NCBI GenBank assembly: GCA_050951805.1
Contig: JBMNJT010000002.1
Coordinates: 64,001 to 128,000 of the forward strand
Direction of reading: 5' to 3'
DNA: 64,000 bases
From: Bacillota bacterium
Lineage (GTDB): Bacteria; Bacillota; DTU025
Made by a program: the position numbers and the translations under genes. The notes beneath the pieces are model-generated. The model was not told the origin of the DNA, did no database searches, and saw only the letters and a program-made list of their open reading frames with translations. Below, one piece after another: positions 59,363 through 64,000 of the stretch (position 1 is its first letter; each line of letters starts with the position of its first letter).

Positions 59363-60238
59363 ATGCGAGTTCATCTAGATTGTATTGCTTGTACTTTGAG
59401 GCAGGCTCTAGAGGCGGCCCGCCTCGCTACCGCTGATATCGATGTTCAGGAAAGGATAATCCGCAGATCCCTTGAGACACTTGCGGATTATGACCTATAT
59501 AGGACCCCGGCCGAGCTGGGCAGTGCAGTTCATGAGCTTGTCAAGGAGTGTTCGGGCAACCCGGATCCTTACCGGAATGTCAAGAAAGCTACCATCGAAA
59601 TGGCCCATGCCATTTACCCTGGGCTGAAAAGGTTTGTTGAGGAGCAGGACGACAGATTGCTCGTGGCATTGGAAGTTTCGGCGGTGGGGAATCTGTTGGA
59701 TGCGGGGGTATATGGGGATCTGCGCACTGTTGATCTGGAAGAGACGCTCAAAGAGGAACTGAGCAGGGGCTTTGCCGTGTGTGATATTGACTTTCTTCGC
59801 GCCGATTTGCTTGGCGCAACCAAGGTGCTGATCATTGGGGACAATGCAGGTGAAACAGTGCTCGATCGGATTCTGATATCTGAGATCAAAAGGGCTTGCG
59901 GAAAAGAGGATAAGGTGAATGTGTTCTATGGAGTCCGCAGCGCCCCTATGATAAATGATGCAACAGCGGAAGATGCTGTCGCATCAGGGCTGGATCATGA
60001 TGCAACTATTGTGGATACTGGCTGCTGCACACCTGGACTCGTTCTTAGAAATGCCACGCCGGACTTTTTGAAGCTGTATGAGGAAGCGGATGTTGTGATC
60101 AGTAAGGGTCAGGGAAACTATGAGACGCTCAGCGATTCCGCAGGGCGCACTATTCACTTCGTGCTGAAGGCGAAGTGCAGGGCAGTGGCCGAGGATACCG
60201 AGGTAAACATAGGCGAGTATGTGCTGCTTCGGCGGTGA
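59363..60238 (+). CDS. DUF89 / ARMT1-like damage-control phosphatase
   Basis: DCIACTLRQ, DPY, GNLLD, DNAGE, INDAT, SKGQGNYETL, LKAKC. Confidence 0.9.
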   Translation: MRVHLDCIACTLRQALEAARLATADIDVQERIIRRSLETLADYDLYRTPAELGSAVHELVKECSGNPDPYRNVKKATIEMAHAIYPGLKRFVEEQDDRLLVALEVSAVGNLLDAGVYGDLRTVDLEETLKEELSRGFAVCDIDFLRADLLGATKVLIIGDNAGETVLDRILISEIKRACGKEDKVNVFYGVRSAPMINDATAEDAVASGLDHDATIVDTGCCTPGLVLRNATPDFLKLYEEADVVISKGQGNYETLSDSAGRTIHFVLKAKCRAVAEDTEVNIGEYVLLRR

Positions 60239-60303
60239 GCAATTCTATTTTTGACCTGTTGCTTTCCACCTGAGTTTGCGGGCAGTTTGGGACTGTTAAT
60301 CTG

Positions 60304-60332
60304 AGAGGCCGATGCTTTTAGCATCGGCCTCT
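60304..60332. terminator. hairpin between convergent genes
   Basis: Perfect 13-bp stem AGAGGCCGATGCT-ttt-AGCATCGGCCTCT. Confidence 0.7.
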
Positions 60333-60672
60333 GCCACATGAATCACACGTATTCCATTCACAACAGGCGCTCTCTGCCTTTCGCTCGCTCTGCGTAGTCA
60401 TCCTCGACCGTGAGGGCTTAGTAGGCCAGCGTATTAAGGTTAACACTGCTTTCGAACCCGCATGCCAGCATCGTTTTATAGGCGCTGGCGGCGCCCTCCC
60501 TGTCGTTCAGGTTGGTGCATACAACTGAGGTGCTCTCGGCTTGGCTCGAGGGCCTCAAGAATCTCTCTGCTCCGCTTCTCGATGGACTGATCCTCGGTTG
60601 TGTAGTACGTGCCCGTGAAATAGACGCGGGACAAGATCTCCAATTCCCGGAGTTCTCCCGGCTCAACTTCTA

Positions 60673-61960
60673 TTAGTCCTTTTGGATTAGGGCCTGCTCC
60701 AAAATACAGGCCGTTGCTGGAGGATATGACATTGCCGTGCTCGTCGAGGGCCAGAATCCGCTCCTGTCAGGTAGATGGGAAGTATCGGAGGCGTACCCGC
60801 CGAACTGAACTTCGGGAATGCTGTTGATCTCAAAGGCGGTATCAGCAGTCCTCATCGAACTTATGTCCATGGAATCGTAGCCGTGTTCGCCGTAGCTGAT
60901 CGAATGAAAGACGAAGCCTGTCCCCGGCTCCAAGATTTCTACCGGTTCTACGAAACGCAAGGCGACTTCTCTTGTTTTCCCTGATTCAAGGGCGAGTTCA
61001 GCGCCGACCTGCCCCTCAATGACCTAGGGCAGTTCCCACCTCGTATCGGCGTCCTGCGGGCAGGTTGAAACAGAACTCGCCATCATCGCCGACGGTGTGC
61101 CGCGGGAGGCCGGTGCAATCTGTGGAGAAAGCAGTAGTCTCCTTCATTTCGCGCACAATGATGCGCGCACCCGGCAAGGGTTTCCCGTCAAGGAGCACGA
61201 TGCCTTTAATCTCTCCCATGCCTGCACCGCCGTCTGCGCCCTCTAGGGCATCGAGAGTTGACTGCCTCGCCGTAGATCCCAATGGGTTTGCTCTTAACCG
61301 AAGTGGAATCAGGATCTCCGGGCTGCTCATACGTTTCCTGCCGAAGCCGGTCTTCATCTTCGAACATTTCGAGGATCTTCTCATAGGCTGCTCTTGCCCT
61401 TTGATAGTCTCCCATTGCAACCAGAAGATCGCCCCTCTCTTCGCGGCGGGCTGTGGGCATTGGTAATCCGGCATGGCCTCTGCATCGTCAAACCGGCCTT
61501 CCGCGACGTACATGTCGACGAGGAGAAAGGCGGCTTCAATGCGGTTGCCTATGTTTCTTCCTTAGCTCTCGGATCACCTGAATGGTACAAACCGCCAGCT
61601 GATGCGTGGCGTCAGGGGCCGACCAGTGATCGGGATGGTCGGTGCAGATCTTGAGCAGCCTCTCCTATTTGGTCAACGTTCCTTCGGGAATCTCGTCGAT
61701 CACATTATGGCTCCGCGTTGTCCACATCTGCACGGGAAGATGATAGCTATGAAGCTTCGGTCGTCCGGCAGGATAGAGGCTGACCAGTATGAGGCATCCG
61801 GTATTTTCTCATTGTCCAGATACTCGGAGATGAACTTGTCATAGTAGGCAAGTGCCTTGACCGGATCATTGCCTTCGCGCGCACGCTCGGCTATCTTGAG
61901 CAAGTAGGCCCCGTCCACCACGTGGTAGATGTTGACTTGTGATTGGGCTTTTGAAGGGCG
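60673..61960 (-). pseudogene. fragmented TPR plus carboxypeptidase-regulatory-like protein (probable anti-sigma or exported partner)
   Basis: TPR-like pieces (KALAYYDKFISEY; RARAAYEKILEMF) and GIVLLDGKPLPGARIIV spread over different frames. Confidence 0.55.
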
Positions 61961-61984
61961 GTCGCGCCGGGTACTGCAGGCGGT

Positions 61985-62396
61985 GCCTGTGTGCAAGAGG
62001 CTCTTAATTGTGCCGACAGGCTTGCCTGTGATATCCGATATTTCAGGGATGGAAAATTCTTCGTAGTAGAACATCACAATGACTTCCCGGTATCGGGGCG
62101 GAAGGCCTTCGACGGCTCGGGAATGTGTGAAAAATCCTCAGGAGGCAAGAGCTTGGAGGTGCTTTGGGCTTTCCGTCGGTGACGCTGATAATGGCGGCAG
62201 TGCCTTATGAGGATTGTATACATCCATGAGTAGAGTGTGGATTCGCCACGGAAGTGATCGCCCAGGATGAGAGTCACAGCCCGTCGGTGTACATGTCGAC
62301 CAACTCGTTCGCCGCTTCCTCATGGCCTGCCTTAAGCCTCTTCACATGAGGTTCGTGCATCGAGACGCATAGGCATAGATAGTTCCCTATGGCCAC
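61985..62396 (-). pseudogene. ECF sigma factor pseudogene
   Basis: KRLKAGHEEAANELVDMY; region 2 FRGESTLYSWMYTI; region 4 YREVIVMFYYEEFSIPEISDITGKPVGTIKSLL; broken by frameshifts and a stop. Confidence 0.8.
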
Positions 62397-62901
62397 AGCT
62401 CTTCCCCCCTCCACCTATTAAGAGATGGGCGGGGGCGAAAAGGTTGCACTCCACTATGTTTATATTAGCGTTCTTGCTTTTGTAGAGGAATGTTAGTATG
62501 TTACGGCATTAGGAGAGCAGAGGTGGTGATTGTCCATGGCCCATTGCGTTTTGCGCGTGGCGGCATGTTGCAGCAGGCGGGGGGTTGTGGCGGGGAGGGG
62601 TGAGCAGATGGTGGTCGTTTCTTAGGGGGAGTAACACGCACCCGGTCATTACCCCCCGAAACTGACTCCATGTTAATCACTCCTCCTCCCGGGCGTACTG
62701 TACGTAGCTGGCTGACCCGGGCTTTCCGTGTTGGGGTGGTGAGTGGCCCACTGGCGGTCATTCTGCGAACGAAATGAATGCCAGAGAGTCGTACTTCGCC
62801 TAAATTGACCCTTTGCGGGTCATTTATCAGGTGAGCTCCGGAAACTCTCGTCCATCCCCATCCAACTGATATATGTTCGAGCAGGCATCTCGGGCTGGTG
62901 T

Positions 62902-63615
62902 CTAAGCGCCTTCGCCGTACATGATTATCACAAACTCAAGTCCATCTTCGTCATCTGTCCAGAAGCTGTGGGCGGTGTTCGCCGGTATTATGTATGCTTC
63001 TCCTTCTGCGAACCTGTATTCTGTGTGTCCGAGCTTTATGGAGCCCTCTCCTTTTGTGCCGATGACAAGAGTGTTGAAGGGATTGTACTGGTCGTCCTCT
63101 TTTTCGTTGATGACCATGCCCTGTTCCACTCTGTACCAGGCTGTTCTGAGGCCTGAAGTATATACCAAAGGCACTGCGTATCCGCCATGCACCACCCTGG
63201 CGTGGTCCTTGCCAAATAGTATCTTCTCCGGTTCTCCGATTACGAAGAAGTGAAATGCGAAATCCATTAGGTCCAAGTCTTTTGGCGGGCTATAGCCATC
63301 GATGAACCTGACATCGAGCGGGGCGTAGTCGTTCATCTTGGCTCTTCCTGCGGCGGTTAGGAAATGCATCTTCCCCAAGTAGATGTCTTCCAGTGTTTTA
63401 GCTGTGCTCACAAGGTAGAATGTGGGCTTGGAAGGCTTGCAGTTCGCAATCGTGTAGCTGCCTTCCTTCTGTATAGAGACCGTCCACCATTGGCCGTCAT
63501 TGATGAGGAAACCGAAGGAGATGTCAACCGGGTTTGGGGTTTTGGCGATGTAGGACGTGCAGAAACCCTCCAACATCTCCCGAACTGGCAGATTGGCGCT
63601 CTTGTCAATTTCCAT
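62902..63615 (-). CDS. SCP2-like N-terminal domain plus C-terminal cupin domain protein
   Basis: WWTVSI..PTFYL..LEDIYLGKMHFLTA; cupin GEGSIKLG..GEAYIIPANTAHSF. Confidence 0.7.
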   Translation of the reverse strand: MEIDKSANLPVREMLEGFCTSYIAKTPNPVDISFGFLINDGQWWTVSIQKEGSYTIANCKPSKPTFYLVSTAKTLEDIYLGKMHFLTAAGRAKMNDYAPLDVRFIDGYSPPKDLDLMDFAFHFFVIGEPEKILFGKDHARVVHGGYAVPLVYTSGLRTAWYRVEQGMVINEKEDDQYNPFNTLVIGTKGEGSIKLGHTEYRFAEGEAYIIPANTAHSFWTDDEDGLEFVIIMYGEGA

Positions 63616-63654
63616 GTGGATCGCTCCTTTTGCATGAGTTTAAGCTCTTTTTTC

Positions 63655-64000
63655 TCATCTGAACATCGCATTCAGATAGGCCACCATGCCGAGGTCGCCG
63701 TCGATCTCGATGCGCCCCCGCGTCATGAATGCTTCGGGAGAGAGAAAGCCTGTCATCAGGCCTTCAAAATCGGCTTTGCTCAATGCAAGCCTGAGGTCTG
63801 CCTCTTCCTTTGCGCCTTGTTCTATCTCCACTTTGTGTTGGCCTTTTGAAACATGATAGGTTATGCCATCATCGGTGAAACATATTTCGATGATTCCGTC
63901 CTTCAGTGTGCCTGCGTTGTGCTCCAATTTGCGTTTTGCCACTTCGAACAGATCATCGAGTGACTTGTTGCCGTGCTCTGGTGCTTGAGGGCCTTCTTCA
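63655..64000 (-). CDS. protein with C-terminal SCP2 sterol/lipid-binding domain (5' end outside the window)
   Basis: ADLRLALSKADFEGLMTGFLSPEAFMTRGRIEIDGDL; frame stays open to the window edge. Confidence 0.75.
   Translation of the reverse strand, partial: EEGPQAPEHGNKSLDDLFEVAKRKLEHNAGTLKDGIIEICFTDDGITYHVSKGQHKVEIEQGAKEEADLRLALSKADFEGLMTGFLSPEAFMTRGRIEIDGDLGMVAYLNAMFR

Noticed and set aside
62700-62800. c-di-GMP-I or ZTP riboswitch
   Set aside because: Only short words match (AGCCAGCTAC on minus, ACTGGCG on plus); the required stems and conserved cores are missing.

Overview
Chromosomal segment of an anaerobic, moderately GC-rich Bacillota (Firmicutes) bacterium. The T-box riboswitch, MarR/FabT-type fab cluster and SafA-like LysM protein point to this phylum, and two TolC-family genes hint at a diderm lineage. 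Core blocks: partial tldD; marR-fabH-acpP-fabK-fabD-fabG-fabF-fabZ; [FeFe]-hydrogenase maturation genes (TM1266-family regulator, hydE, hydG, hydF) behind a structured attenuator-like leader; a MacAB-like ABC exporter; a His T-box-controlled his operon; a selenium/sulfur cluster (LysR, YedE, TusA/YedF, DUF3343, cysteine desulfurase); tandem pepF; a divergent Hsp70; murJ; DUF89; a decayed ECF sigma locus; two SCP2-domain genes. Three observations stand out. (1) The his operon has no hisH and carries a clean hisA-hisF fusion whose HisF half has lost the HisH-interface residues, suggesting a glutaminase-independent ImGP synthase. (2) A 19-30.6 kb run of unrelated, mostly co-oriented accessory genes and gene remnants is punctuated by imperfect hairpins ending in TTA(T/G)-type arms. 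Several share near-identical words and one carries a perfect B. subtilis dif XerD arm. This suggests an integron-like cassette array with no integrase in the window, possibly Xer-driven. (3) The hyd leader has an antiterminator overlapping a terminator and matches no riboswitch class I recognise. All calls come from reading the sequence by eye; no database searches were run.
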